A stretch of DNA of 32,000 nucleotides, taken from assembly GCA_021650915.1 (NCBI GenBank), contig CP091279.1, positions 2,610,001-2,642,000 of the forward strand, in the 5' to 3' direction. Of the stretch, positions 8,853 to 18,901 are shown piece after piece. The notes beneath the pieces were generated by a model. It was given only the letters and a program-made list of their open reading frames with translations, did no database searches and had not been told where the DNA came from. Numbering within the stretch: the first letter of the stretch is position 1; the number at the start of each line of letters is the position of its first letter. The position numbers and the translations under genes were made by a program. This DNA comes from Candidatus Brocadia sp. GTDB lineage: Bacteria > Planctomycetota > Brocadiia > Brocadiales > Brocadiaceae.

Positions 8853-9241
8853 TGTTGCCGGACATCCATCATGTACGGCAAACCAGCATCAATATTGGCG
8901 GAGTTGTGCAGGGGATAGGCCGTCGCCCCTTTCTTTATACCCTTGCGCGGAAATATAACCTTACGGCCTTTTATCTCAACGATTCTCATGGCATCCTCAT
9001 CAAAGTTCAGGGGATAGTGGTCGATAAGTTTTTTCTGGAAATACATCATTTCCCGCTTCCTTGTTACGGATTGAGGACATTCAGGCACAAACCTTTGCCA
9101 ACACAGTTATCTATCAGGATTTTACCATCCGACACGGGAAACGTTGCCCTCGTCTTTCACGATAGTTCCGCCTGTGGGGATTGCCGGAAAGGACTTTTTG
9201 CTCTGTTTGCCCGGCATTACCGGCACTGGCCGCTTCTTTGA
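8852..9241 (+). pseudogene. hypF: relic of the hydrogenase maturation factor HypF N-terminus (acylphosphatase-like domain plus a decayed first zinc-finger region)
   Basis: INIGGVVQGIGRRPFLYTLARKYNLTAFYLNDSHGILIKV lines up with E. coli HypF [60 protein letters not shown] lines up with TCPACLAEM..ERRYRYPFINCT. The ORF stops after 129 aa, whereas HypF is roughly 750 aa. Confidence 0.5.
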
Positions 9242-9349
9242 TGCAATCGTTTCCTTGCTTGCAATACGGGATGTAATCCCGGTTCCGGCTATCTTATTTT
9301 ATTTCTCATGCCTCCGTGTGTTCGCGTAACAAACGAAAGAAGGTGCATT

Positions 9350-10252
9350 ATGAAGGTTGCTATTACCGGTTTAACGGGTTTTTTGGGTCATTATGTAGCC
9401 AAAAGACTTTTTGCGAAAGAGATAGAGATCGTATCCCTTGCCCGAAGCGTCAGCAATACCCTACACCTGAAGGATTACGAAAAAAAGATCGCCTTTATCA
9501 GGGGTGATATGACCGACAAAGAGACTCTGAGGAAATTTCTGCATGGCGCCGACGTGGTTATCCATATGGCCTACGAAAGAAACGGGGCTTCTTTTCATGA
9601 AGCGGCCAATAGAGACTTAAAACGATTTGTTGAGGCAAATCTCCTGGGGAGCATAGAACTGCTTGATGCGTCAAGGCGGGCTGGCATCAAACAATGTATC
9701 TTTATCAGTTCGTGCGCGGTATACGGGCATATTTTCCCCGGTATAAAGCTGGATGAGTTGCATCCCCTCCTGCCCGATTCAAATTATGGCGCCTATAAGG
9801 CATCGGTTGAGGCGTTTTGTCACTCTTATTTTATGTCAAAGGCCTTTGACGTAACCATCTTCCGTCCTGTCGGTATCTATGGGATAAACCCACACCTGGC
9901 CCATTCTGCCTGGTATAACATTGCCAAGGACATCCGGCACGGAATCAATGTTGAGGTCTCAGGCGGTGGGAAGGTTGTGCATGTGGAAGACGTAGCGCAG
10001 GCAATCGATCTGGCGATTGGAAATAAAGAAGCCGCGGGGAAGGTTTATAATCTTGTGGACTTTTATGTGGACAACATAAGCGTGGCTCGCATGGTCAGGG
10101 ATATCTGTGATTCCGGGTCTCATGTCAGCGGCACCCCCAGGCAGCCCATCCATACGATTGAAAACGCTCAGTCCCGGGCATTTGGGGTATCATACACAGG
10201 AATGGAAGGTTTGAAAGGATACCTTCGGGAATTGATAAAAAGTATGTCATGA
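9350..10252 (+). CDS. NAD-dependent epimerase/dehydratase (extended SDR)
   Basis: MKVAITGLTGFLGHY is a Rossmann motif and YGAYKAS is the YxxxK motif. I chose the start at 9350, not 9308, so the protein begins at the Rossmann strand. Confidence 0.85.
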   Translation: MKVAITGLTGFLGHYVAKRLFAKEIEIVSLARSVSNTLHLKDYEKKIAFIRGDMTDKETLRKFLHGADVVIHMAYERNGASFHEAANRDLKRFVEANLLGSIELLDASRRAGIKQCIFISSCAVYGHIFPGIKLDELHPLLPDSNYGAYKASVEAFCHSYFMSKAFDVTIFRPVGIYGINPHLAHSAWYNIAKDIRHGINVEVSGGGKVVHVEDVAQAIDLAIGNKEAAGKVYNLVDFYVDNISVARMVRDICDSGSHVSGTPRQPIHTIENAQSRAFGVSYTGMEGLKGYLRELIKSMS

Positions 10253-11071
10253 AATACGATCCCCGTCGGATTCCCGTGCCAGCATATAGAGAAACTGCTG
10301 GGCATATCCCGCATATTTGCCAAAATATTCCGCCCCGAAATTCTGCAATTCCTGATTTGATACCTGCTGATTCTTGAAATAGAGTTTTTGGAGGATCTTC
10401 TTCATCCAGGTATCGATAGGAAATGCCTCGGTAAAGCCCAAAGAAAATAAAAGGATACAATCTGCAATCTTATCCCCGATGCCGGGAATATCCTTCAGCG
10501 CCTTCTTTGCTTCCCCATAGGGAAGGTTTTTGAGAGAGAGCAGAAAGGCATCGCTGACGAGATCGTTTGCTGCTTTCAGATACTTTGCCCGAAAACCGGT
10601 CTTTGCCCGTACAATCTGTTCATAGTCATTTAAATCGCCGGGTTTGGGAAACGTGTGTATTTCTCTCCCTTTCACCGTAACCTTTTCCCCAAAGGATTGT
10701 GATAAAATCTCGAGGTTCAGTTTTATTTTGGGGATATTTGCCGCAGAAGAACAGAGAAATGATATGAGGCATTCCCAGGGGTCCTGCCGGATGATACGCA
10801 AGCCGTAGTGCCTCCTGATGGCCTTGCCGATGTGCCTGTCCCTGTTTATTTCCTGTAAAATCGCGGAATAAGGCTCATCAAGGGCAAAATAGTGCGACAG
10901 GAATTCGCGGTCAATGCCCTGAAATTCCAGATGATTGGCAGACTGCCTGACATGAAAGATGCGATCCCTTGAGACAATATCATACCAGTCGTTTCTTCTG
11001 GATACCCGAAACAGTTGGCCGCAAAAGAGGGTGGATTCGAGGTCGAAATTTTTTACGAGGATCCTGGGCAT
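10247..11071 (-). CDS. ogg: 8-oxoguanine DNA glycosylase/AP lyase (OGG, HhH-GPD family)
   Basis: N-terminal FDLESTLFCGQLFRV, the helix-hairpin-helix IPGIGDKIADCILLF with the lyase Lys, and FPIDTW. Confidence 0.85.
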   Translation of the reverse strand: MPRILVKNFDLESTLFCGQLFRVSRRNDWYDIVSRDRIFHVRQSANHLEFQGIDREFLSHYFALDEPYSAILQEINRDRHIGKAIRRHYGLRIIRQDPWECLISFLCSSAANIPKIKLNLEILSQSFGEKVTVKGREIHTFPKPGDLNDYEQIVRAKTGFRAKYLKAANDLVSDAFLLSLKNLPYGEAKKALKDIPGIGDKIADCILLFSLGFTEAFPIDTWMKKILQKLYFKNQQVSNQELQNFGAEYFGKYAGYAQQFLYMLARESDGDRIS

Positions 11072-11207
11072 GATAGAGGTATCAATCTGTTTCGCTTTTT
11101 TATACGAAAATGTTTCCCCGCGATGGGTTCAGGTTTGTAGCCTGAGTCCCCTATTTTGTCCGCTCATATTGTCGGAAATTTAAACTGCCTGACAAAACGA
11201 GCTTTGA

Positions 11208-12704
11208 TCATTTCATCCGGAAATGCTTCTTCTGAGGCGTTTCCTCGTCCCTGATATAGTCCTTTATCAGTTCCAGGCATGCCTTTTTCGTGCAGACGGT
11301 ATCTGTGTTAATATAATTCACGGAATCTTTGTTTGCTTCCAGCCAACTCAACACGATGTCTGTCTCCCCGTTTTCAATACGGGCAGGCAAACGGTCGTTT
11401 CGGTTATTTTTCCAGCCGTTTGCGCGCCCGGAAGAACGGTCTTGTGTCCCTTCGTCATAATACATGGTGTCTAAAATTTTTTCGACCTCAGAAAGGTTTA
11501 TGGCGTCTTTTAAGACTTCGTATTGTTTCAGGGGCAACCCTTCCCTGATAAAGAAGAGATCCAAACTTGCTTCGGCTGATGAAGGCAAGATGGCGATAAA
11601 ATTCTTTAATCTTCCGTACCTGGCGGGTCTTTCATGCACTTCGGTCTGCTGATTCAATCGTGGCCGGTATTGTTGTATCAACCGGTATTCCATAAGCATT
11701 GCGGCAAGTTCTGAGCCGGTAACCTCATATTCAATACGGTGAACGTCCCGCAACAAGTTGGTTATTTTTTGCAATCGGTCTGCCGTATTCCAGAAATAGG
11801 AACTCACCCGCGCCCTCAGATTCTTTGCCTTGCCCAGGTAAATTATTGCGTCATCTTTATCCTTCATCATATAGACTCCGGGTTTCTGAGGAATGGACAG
11901 CAGAAAATATTTGTCGAAGGCATATCTGCTGAAATCGACATGTTCAATATGGGGGTATTGAAATTCCAGAACCGCCTCTACGGTGTCGAATCCCTGTGCT
12001 TTTAAAAGGTCCTTATACCGGGAAAAGATATCGGCGATGACATCGATCTCCTTTTCGCTGCGCCGGACGTCCAGAATAGGAAGCTTGAAGTGCGCGGCGA
12101 TATCGTCCAGCGATTTTTGCTGAAGATTCGGCATGAGTTTCTTCGTAAGAGAGCGCAAACACAGCGATGGATTTTCAATCGTTTTATGGAGGGCATGCAG
12201 CATGGTATTGATCTGATGTATGACAGGCTGGATGTCGTAGCCAACCAAAACAGCCTCTCCAAAAAATTGGGCGAGAGAGCAGGCTGCCTTCTCAGCAGAA
12301 ACGCCGTCTCTGATTTCCTGCGCAAAATCCGGCGGCAAGCGGATTGACGATTCGGCTGATACACCGGGGCGTATGCAGAGGTGAAGACGGTCAGTCACCG
12401 TGTCGTTTCTCATCCTTTGTGCGCTCACCTCAACGATGGTTTTTGACCTTTCAGCAGTGTCAACCATAACGGAACTGAGCAGAACAAACTCCGCCTCCGG
12501 CAAAGGCGTGCCCCCTCTTTCCGCAATCTTCCAGTGGTGATGCTCGTCGGTGGTAAATCTGCGGTCGCCTGCAACGGCAGTCTGTATGAGCGCCTCGCTG
12601 ATCCGGGGCGAGGCGCCTTTAATCTTTAAAACCTGTTCAACAAGTTCACTGCTCGTAGCGCCGGTTTCCTGAGACTTCAGGTATGCATATATCTTGTCCC
12701 GCAT
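11208..12704 (-). CDS. multidomain protein: N-terminal HTH-like region, DEDD-exonuclease-like domain lacking catalytic residues, and a UvrC/Cho-type GIY-YIG nuclease domain
   Basis: The GIY-YIG domain reads PGVYMMKDKDDAIIYLGKAKNLRARVSSYF...IEYEVTGSELAAMLMEYRLIQQYRPRLN. The exonuclease-like stretch FVLLSSVMVDTAERSKTIVEVSAQRM occupies the place of the FVVxDxETTG...IIEIGA motif. Confidence 0.8.
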   Translation of the reverse strand: MRDKIYAYLKSQETGATSSELVEQVLKIKGASPRISEALIQTAVAGDRRFTTDEHHHWKIAERGGTPLPEAEFVLLSSVMVDTAERSKTIVEVSAQRMRNDTVTDRLHLCIRPGVSAESSIRLPPDFAQEIRDGVSAEKAACSLAQFFGEAVLVGYDIQPVIHQINTMLHALHKTIENPSLCLRSLTKKLMPNLQQKSLDDIAAHFKLPILDVRRSEKEIDVIADIFSRYKDLLKAQGFDTVEAVLEFQYPHIEHVDFSRYAFDKYFLLSIPQKPGVYMMKDKDDAIIYLGKAKNLRARVSSYFWNTADRLQKITNLLRDVHRIEYEVTGSELAAMLMEYRLIQQYRPRLNQQTEVHERPARYGRLKNFIAILPSSAEASLDLFFIREGLPLKQYEVLKDAINLSEVEKILDTMYYDEGTQDRSSGRANGWKNNRNDRLPARIENGETDIVLSWLEANKDSVNYINTDTVCTKKACLELIKDYIRDEETPQKKHFRMK

Positions 12705-12733
12705 AGGCCTTGACAGACGTCCCCATGATGAAA

Positions 12734-12763
12734 TAAAAAAAGAGGGTTATAACCCTCTTTTTT
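12734..12763 (-). terminator. rho-independent (bidirectional-looking) terminator after the TPR gene
   Basis: AAAAAAAGAGGGTTATAACCCTCTTTTTT has a stem AGAGGGTT/AACCCTCT flanked by an A-run and a T-run. It lies 70-100 nt downstream of the stop at 12832. Confidence 0.55.
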
Positions 12764-12831
12764 CTGGCGCTCTTGAATAGCTCCTGTGCACAAAAATTAC
12801 GCTCTTCAGGAGAAAGATATCTCCCCAAAAT

Positions 12832-14103
12832 TTATTTCCCGCATTCACCCGTTAATTGCTGGTATAATGAAAACTCACGCTGCGCCTCTTCTATCATTCC
12901 CTTTCGTTTATAAATAACACTTAAACCATAGTGTGCCCTGGCAAAATTCGGGTCAATTCTGACGGTCTCTTCAAGAGCCGCTGCGGCCTCATCCAGAATT
13001 CTGCTTTGTGAATAGGCGCTGCCGAGATCAAAATAGACCGATGGATTATAAGGATTCACTTCAATCGCCTTTTGCAAGGTGGCAATCGCTTCATCCAGCG
13101 CCCTCTTGTCTGAATACGGATTCTGAATGTTGTAATGAGCCGCCGCCGCTTTGCGAACGGTGGCAATGGTATTCACGAGCACCCGCTTGTCCGCGTAAGC
13201 CTTTCCAAGCCGGTAATGCGCCTCTGCATTGTTAGGGTCAAGCTTTACCACCGTACGAAATTCTTCTATCGCCTTGTCAAAGAGCCTTTCGTCAGCATAC
13301 ACCATCCCCAGATGATAATGTACTTTTGGGTCTTTGGCGTTAATTTCAATAGACCGGCGGAATGCCTCCGTCGCCTTGATCATATCGTGCAGGGCGTAGT
13401 AGGTCAAACCAAGAGCATAGTGGGCGGGGGCGTGGTTTGGATTGATATCAGTAACTGTTTTCAATTCAAGTATCGCTTCGCCATATTGTTTCTTTTCCAG
13501 AAAAATCCGACCGAGACCAAAATGTGCGTCTGTATAGTTCGGATTGAACTCAATGGCCATCTTGAATGCCTTCATTGCCTCTTCCGCCTCATTTTTTTCG
13601 GCGTGAACTGTGCCCAAATGATACAGGGAAACTACGTCTTTGGGGTTCGCTGCCAATACCTTTTCGTATTCATGAATGGCTTCACCAAGCATCTTCCTGG
13701 ATTTATAGATATCGGCCAGCTTGCCAAGCGCCAGTTCGTTCGAGGGATCCAGCCTGACCACCGATTCGAGGGCAGCTATCGCATCTTCCCAAAGGCCCTT
13801 CTCCACGCAAAGCAAGCCCAGTTGAAAAAGGGCATCCTTATAGTTTGGATCAATTTGCGTGGCCTTTTTCAGCTCTGCGATCGCCTCGTCAACCATGGTG
13901 CGGTCGTTATAAGCAATTCCCAGGTTATAGTGGGCAACCGCCATTCCCGGGTTAAGCTGGATAGCCTTACGATATGCGGAGATGACCTCATCAGGCATAT
14001 CAACCTTAGAGCATCCGTATATACCTCCAGAAACTAATACTGCCATTAACGTTAATGTCCTGAATGGCGATACTAGATTCTTTATCATTATCAAATCTCC
14101 CAT
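12832..14103 (-). CDS. tetratricopeptide-repeat lipoprotein
   Basis: There are about ten TPR units (AHYNLG.AY...EAI..F..A+..NP). The N-terminal signal ends in GGIYGC, a lipobox-like sequence. Confidence 0.9.
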   Translation of the reverse strand: MGDLIMIKNLVSPFRTLTLMAVLVSGGIYGCSKVDMPDEVISAYRKAIQLNPGMAVAHYNLGIAYNDRTMVDEAIAELKKATQIDPNYKDALFQLGLLCVEKGLWEDAIAALESVVRLDPSNELALGKLADIYKSRKMLGEAIHEYEKVLAANPKDVVSLYHLGTVHAEKNEAEEAMKAFKMAIEFNPNYTDAHFGLGRIFLEKKQYGEAILELKTVTDINPNHAPAHYALGLTYYALHDMIKATEAFRRSIEINAKDPKVHYHLGMVYADERLFDKAIEEFRTVVKLDPNNAEAHYRLGKAYADKRVLVNTIATVRKAAAAHYNIQNPYSDKRALDEAIATLQKAIEVNPYNPSVYFDLGSAYSQSRILDEAAAALEETVRIDPNFARAHYGLSVIYKRKGMIEEAQREFSLYQQLTGECGK

Positions 14104-14162
14104 GAAAACGGTTATCGATTGATGGACTTGTTTATAAGGGACTTATTTGACGTTCACGTTCA

Positions 14163-14236
14163 GGAATTTCAAAATTGCGATTGTAGGGCGACGAGGCTCG
14201 TCGCTCTACATTGAGAAAGTCGCCGAAGGCCTAATT
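14163..14236. repeat. 74-nt intergenic hairpin repeat (family A), copy 2, inverted
   Basis: It is the reverse complement of 7327..7400 with 9 mismatches in 74. Its palindrome is GTAGGGCGACGAGGCTCGTCGCTCTAC. Confidence 0.8.
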
Positions 14237-14319
14237 AATATATTAAGGGGGGAATATATCAAATCAGTCAGGCCTTGTCAAATGTTTATTTGATCGGTAG
14301 TTAGATAATCGGAAAACGG

Positions 14320-15021
14320 TTATTCCCAACCAAGTTTGATGATCTCCTTGATCGACTTGGTAATGTCATCGCAAACCTTTGGGACCGCAGCTTCGTCTTT
14401 ATACCGGACATTAATATTGTACTGGACTTCATTCTTCATAAGATCTCGTTCAAACTCGTAATGCTGGAGTTCTATGGAGTTGTTTTTTAGTATCTCTGTA
14501 ATGGATTCAAAATTGGGTTCTGTGCCTGAAACGCACACCTTCAGGATTCTATAGGTATCACGCCTGATCTCACGCTCAAAGAGAGGCCCTAAGAACAGCG
14601 CGAAAAGGGTTATAAGGGTAGTAAGCATCGCAGGAATATAACAACTGCTTCCAACCGCCAAACCGATGCCGGCCACAACCCATAAGGATGCAGCAGTCGT
14701 CAAACCCCGCACCGTTGTTTTAAATCTCAGAATGGTGCCCGCACCCAGGAACCCGATACCCGTTATCACCTGGGCGGCAATCCTTGCGGGGTCAACCCGA
14801 ATGATAGAGTCAGCGGCAAGAGCTTTGTACTTTTCAAAGATATGCTCAGATACCACCATCATCAGGGTTACCCCGATGCAGACCAGAATGTGTGTCCGCA
14901 ATCCTGCAGGACGTCCCCGCCGTTCCCGTTCCCACCCAATAATCCCACCTAGTACGGTTGCGATGAGAAGTTTCCCGACAGGGTTATCAACGCTTTCCAT
15001 AATACTTAACAGGCAACGCAT
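14320..15021 (-). CDS. mgtC: MgtC/SapB-family membrane protein with a C-terminal soluble domain
   Basis: GGIIGWERERRGRPAGLRTHILVCIG and four to five hydrophobic helices. Confidence 0.9.
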   Translation of the reverse strand: MRCLLSIMESVDNPVGKLLIATVLGGIIGWERERRGRPAGLRTHILVCIGVTLMMVVSEHIFEKYKALAADSIIRVDPARIAAQVITGIGFLGAGTILRFKTTVRGLTTAASLWVVAGIGLAVGSSCYIPAMLTTLITLFALFLGPLFEREIRRDTYRILKVCVSGTEPNFESITEILKNNSIELQHYEFERDLMKNEVQYNINVRYKDEAAVPKVCDDITKSIKEIIKLGWE

Positions 15022-15159
15022 ATCAACTCCTTATCAAATAAAAAATTTTAACCAATACCTTCTGATGCTTTAGAGGGTTATGCGCGTGAGAGTGAGTATA
15101 AACGGGTGGACGGGGAATGTCAAATGTTTCCATTGGCAGGGAAGCTTTGATGGCGCCTG

Positions 15160-17357
15160 TCATCGGTGACGCCATTTGAGCACTAAGGAGTTGGTCACAA
15201 CGGACACCGAGGAAAGGGCCATTGCCAGCCCGGCGTATTCCGGCTTCAGGCTCATGCCAAGAAACGGGTACATGACCCCGGCAGCGATGGGAATCCCGAT
15301 CACGTTATAAAAAAATGCCCAGAACAGATTTTGCCTGATCTTGGACAATGTTCGCCGTCCCAGGTGAATAGCCCTTACAACGTCCATCATGTCATTCCTT
15401 ATTAAGATGATATCTCCCGTTTCCTTTGCAACATCCGTTCCTGCGCCAATGGCAATACCCACGTCGGCCTGCGCGAGCGCCGGGGCGTCATTAATACCGT
15501 CGCCAACCATACCGACCTTCAGCCCTTTTTCCTGAAAGGCCTTTACGATCTCCATCTTTTCTGCAGGCAAAACCTTTGCGTGGTACTCCCCGATGTCAAC
15601 CTCTGATGCCACGGCCTTCGCCACTAATTCACTATCGCCCGTCAGCATAACGGCCCGCAGGTTCATCTGTTTTAATTGCATCACCACGTCCCGTGCATTT
15701 GGCTTGATGCTATCCATAAGACCCAGGACGCCCATGCCGGCACCATCGTATGCTACGAACATGGTCGACTTTCCGTGTGCCGTTAACTCTTCAAATTTGC
15801 CCTTAAGTGAGTCGATTTTAATTCCGTGAGCGGCCAGAAGCCCCTCGTTTCCAATCAGCAATTCTTTGTCCCTATAGTGGCAGATAATACCACTGCCCGC
15901 TACTTCCTGAAAACTTTGCGCCGCATCCCATGTAGCCTTTCTTTCTTTTGCCTCATTCACTACCGCTTGGGCAAGGGATGATTCGAAAAGGCACACCCTG
16001 CAGCCGCAAGGGTAATCAGTTCAGCTTCAGGAACCGTTTTTGATGGAACGATATCGGTTACCACAAAGCGCCCTTCCGTGATCGTGCCCGTCTTATCGAA
16101 TGCAAGCACGTTGAGTCGTGCGATCTCTTCAATGGCGCTGGCGCGTTTGATGAGGATAGCATGGTCGAGACCCACACCGCTACCCACCATAATGGCCGTT
16201 GGCGTAGCAAGCCCCATAGCGCACGGACACGCAATTACCAATACCGCAACAGCCGTCTTCAATGCCCATACAAAGGGCTGCTGCCCGGCAGCATCATAAA
16301 ACAGGAAATACCAGCAGAGAAAGGTTGTTATGGATAACCCCACGACGACGGGAACAAAGACATTGGATACCCGGTCTGCAAATCGCTGGATCGGGGCCTT
16401 ATCCATCTGGGCGTCTTCAACCATCGTGATAATCTGTGATAAAACCGTTTCTTCGCCTACCTTGGTAGTCTTTACCTTCAAAAGGCCAGTTTTGTTTATG
16501 GTTGCTCCCACGACGCGATTGCCTATCTGCTTTACAACGGGCATGGACTCACCCGTCACCATGGATTCATCCACCGATGAGATCCCTTCGACAACCTCAC
16601 CATCCACCGGAATAATTTCACCCGCCCGGACTATTACCATATCCCCCACTTGAAGGGCGGTGGCGTTGACCTCCGATTCCTTTCCTTCCGGCGTTAGTAG
16701 CCGTGCCTTATCGGCCTGGAGTTTTATCAATTTCTGGAGTGCATGGCTTGCCCTGCCTTTTACCCGTTCCTCCAGATACTTTCCGATGCGGATAAAGGCA
16801 ATCAGCATCACTGCCGTCTCAAAGAATGCATGGCCTGACGCACCAAAGGAACCAAAAACCGCAAAGACGCTATACATATAGGCAGACAGGACACCCAGGG
16901 AAACCAGCACGTCCATATTGGCAAAGAGGTTTTTGATGGACTTATAGGCGCTGACAAAGAAATCCATCCCCGGTCCCAGCAACGTTACGGTAGCAATCCC
17001 CATCATAATATAAGGCATGAAGATGTGCACTGAAGATGGCATAGGCGCATACATCAGCACCATCATAGCGATGGAGGACATGATGCTGAGGAGAAGCCAT
17101 CCCATCTGGATGGAGGCTTTGGAGGTCTGATCCAGCCGGACGCGTTCTTTGGCAGTATAGCCAATCTCCTTTACATACCTTGTGATTTGAGCCTTGTTCG
17201 TAACACCGGCATCATACGTTACAATCCCCGTTGCACGGGGAAAATTAATCCGTGCGGACTTAATCCCTTCCAAGTCCTTTAGTTTCCGCTCAATCGTCAT
17301 GGCACAATTGACGCAGTGCATGCCGGTAATATCAAATTTTATCGTCTGTTCGGTCAT
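15160..17357 (-). pseudogene. copA: copper-translocating P1B-type ATPase, split by a 1-nt frameshift
   Basis: The N-terminal ORF (15960..17357) has the HMA motif GMHCVNC, TGES, CPC and DKTGT. The C-terminal ORF (15160..15996) has MLTGD and GDGINDAP. The join falls inside the conserved SxHPLAxAVV motif: ...FSNHPL in one frame and AQAVVNEAK in the -1 frame. Confidence 0.9.
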
Positions 17358-17407
17358 GGTTCAGCCCGTGCTATTCAGATCATGTGAAAATAAGCAACGC
17401 GTCAGGG

Positions 17408-18142
17408 TTAATCACCCCACAATACCTTTTTAACATCTTCTTTTTCAAGAAGCTCTTTCCCGGCGCCTTCTAAGAATATTGAGACTATTTTAAAAACATA
17501 GCCCCGGTGAGCGATCTCAAGCGCCATGCGTGCATTTTGCTCGACGAGGAGGATACTTGTTCCTGATTTATTTATCTCTACAATTTTTTCAAAGATTGTA
17601 TCCACATAATCGGGCGATAAACCCACCGATGGTTCATCAGCAAGAAGCAATTTCGGCCTTTGCATCATCGCCCTTCCAAAGGCAAGCATCTGCTGTTCAC
17701 CGGTGGATAACGTACCGGCTTTTTGTTTGATTCTTTGCTTCAATGCTGGAAAAAGCCCAAAAATTTTTTCGATGTCATTTTGGATATTTTTATCTCTTCG
17801 CAAAAAGGCGCCCATTTCAAGGTTTTCCAATACCGTCATTGACGGAAACAATCTTCTGCCATCCGGAACGAGAGATATGCCTTTATGGACAAGTTCATCA
17901 GGACGCAACCCTTTAATGCTTTCATCCTGAAATAGAATATCTCCGGCTTGCAGCTTTATCAAGCCAAAAATGGCCTTCAGCGCCGTTGACTTTCCAGCGC
18001 CATTGGGGCCTACCAGCGCTACAATTTCTCCAGAATCAACCCGAAAAGACACCTCTTCAATGGCCCTTACGCTGTTATAGGAAACACTTATCTTCTTTGC
18101 CTCAAGAAACAACTCTTCTCCCCTTTCCCATATAGGCCTCAA
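17408..18142 (-). CDS. livF: branched-chain amino acid ABC transporter ATP-binding protein LivF
   Basis: Walker [10 protein letters not shown], the signature LSTGEQQML and Walker B LLLADEPS. The start is uncertain (ATG 18142 or TTG 18112). Confidence 0.9.
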   Translation of the reverse strand: MRPIWERGEELFLEAKKISVSYNSVRAIEEVSFRVDSGEIVALVGPNGAGKSTALKAIFGLIKLQAGDILFQDESIKGLRPDELVHKGISLVPDGRRLFPSMTVLENLEMGAFLRRDKNIQNDIEKIFGLFPALKQRIKQKAGTLSTGEQQMLAFGRAMMQRPKLLLADEPSVGLSPDYVDTIFEKIVEINKSGTSILLVEQNARMALEIAHRGYVFKIVSIFLEGAGKELLEKEDVKKVLWGD

Positions 18143-18901
18143 GAACTATTTCATTTTCTTGAATCTCTTTCGGCGTGCCTTCCGCTATCTTCTTGCCATA
18201 ATTCAGGACAATAACCTTGTCAGAAATATCCATCACAACCTTCATATTATGTTCAATAAAAAGTATGGTTTTCCCTGAAGATTTAAGTCTCCTGATGATA
18301 TCGAGAAGTACTGGTATCGTTTTGGGGTAGACACCCGCCGTTGGCTCGTCAAAGAGATAAAGTGCGGAATCCGTTCCAAGTGTCCTTGCAATCTCGAGGA
18401 GTCTCCTTTGGCCATGAGACAGGTTTCCTGCAAATTCGTCTCTCTTTAATTCAAGCTCTACTGTGCTGAGTAATTCCATTGCCTTTTCTTTGTTTCCCCT
18501 TTCCTCCCTCAACATTTCCGATACCCTGAATAGAGCTGCTGTAAGGCTTTCGCCCTTATTGTATTTCATGCCAAGCAATACATTTTCAAGGACGGTCATC
18601 TGCGGGAATAATCTGATCGTCTGGAATGTCCTCCCGATGCCGAGATTAAAGATTTTGTGGGGGCCATATGTGTGATATCCCTTCCTTTGAATGAGGTCTT
18701 GCCCGCCGTTGGCTTCAGAAATCCGGTGATCAGATTAAAGGTCGTTGTCTTGCCAGAACCATTCGGACCAATGAGGGCGGTAATAGTCCCTTTTTTAATG
18801 TCAAAGGAAAGGCTGTCAACGGCATGTATCCCATCAAAGGTCTTAATCAAATTTTTGACTTGAAGTATTTCCATAAACTCAAAACCGGTATTTTCCAACA
18901 A
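18102..18901 (-). pseudogene. livG: branched-chain amino acid ABC transporter ATP-binding protein LivG, split by a 1-nt frameshift
   Basis: The ORF 18596..18901 carries Walker A GPNGSGKTT. The ORF 18102..18599 carries [15 protein letters not shown] and LYLFDEP. Reading through with one extra C gives [30 protein letters not shown], which matches the LivG consensus. Confidence 0.9.

Noticed and set aside
8663-9088. 141-aa minus-strand ORF
   Set aside because: It overlaps both the DUF2141 gene and the HypF-like ORF on the opposite strand, and it has no recognisable motifs.
13135-14037. 300-aa plus-strand ORF
   Set aside because: It is antisense to the TPR gene, whose repeat structure is unmistakable. 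A long antisense ORF is a common artefact of repetitive codon usage.
15960-15996. Programmed -1 ribosomal frameshift in copA, by analogy with E. coli CopA(Z)
   Set aside because: The E. coli site lies just after the first metal-binding domain on a C CCA AAG slippery heptamer. Here the shift lies deep in the cytoplasmic ATP-binding (N/P) domain region, after DKTGT, at CAT CCC TTG, which is not an X XXY YYZ heptamer. A truncated product would have no obvious function.
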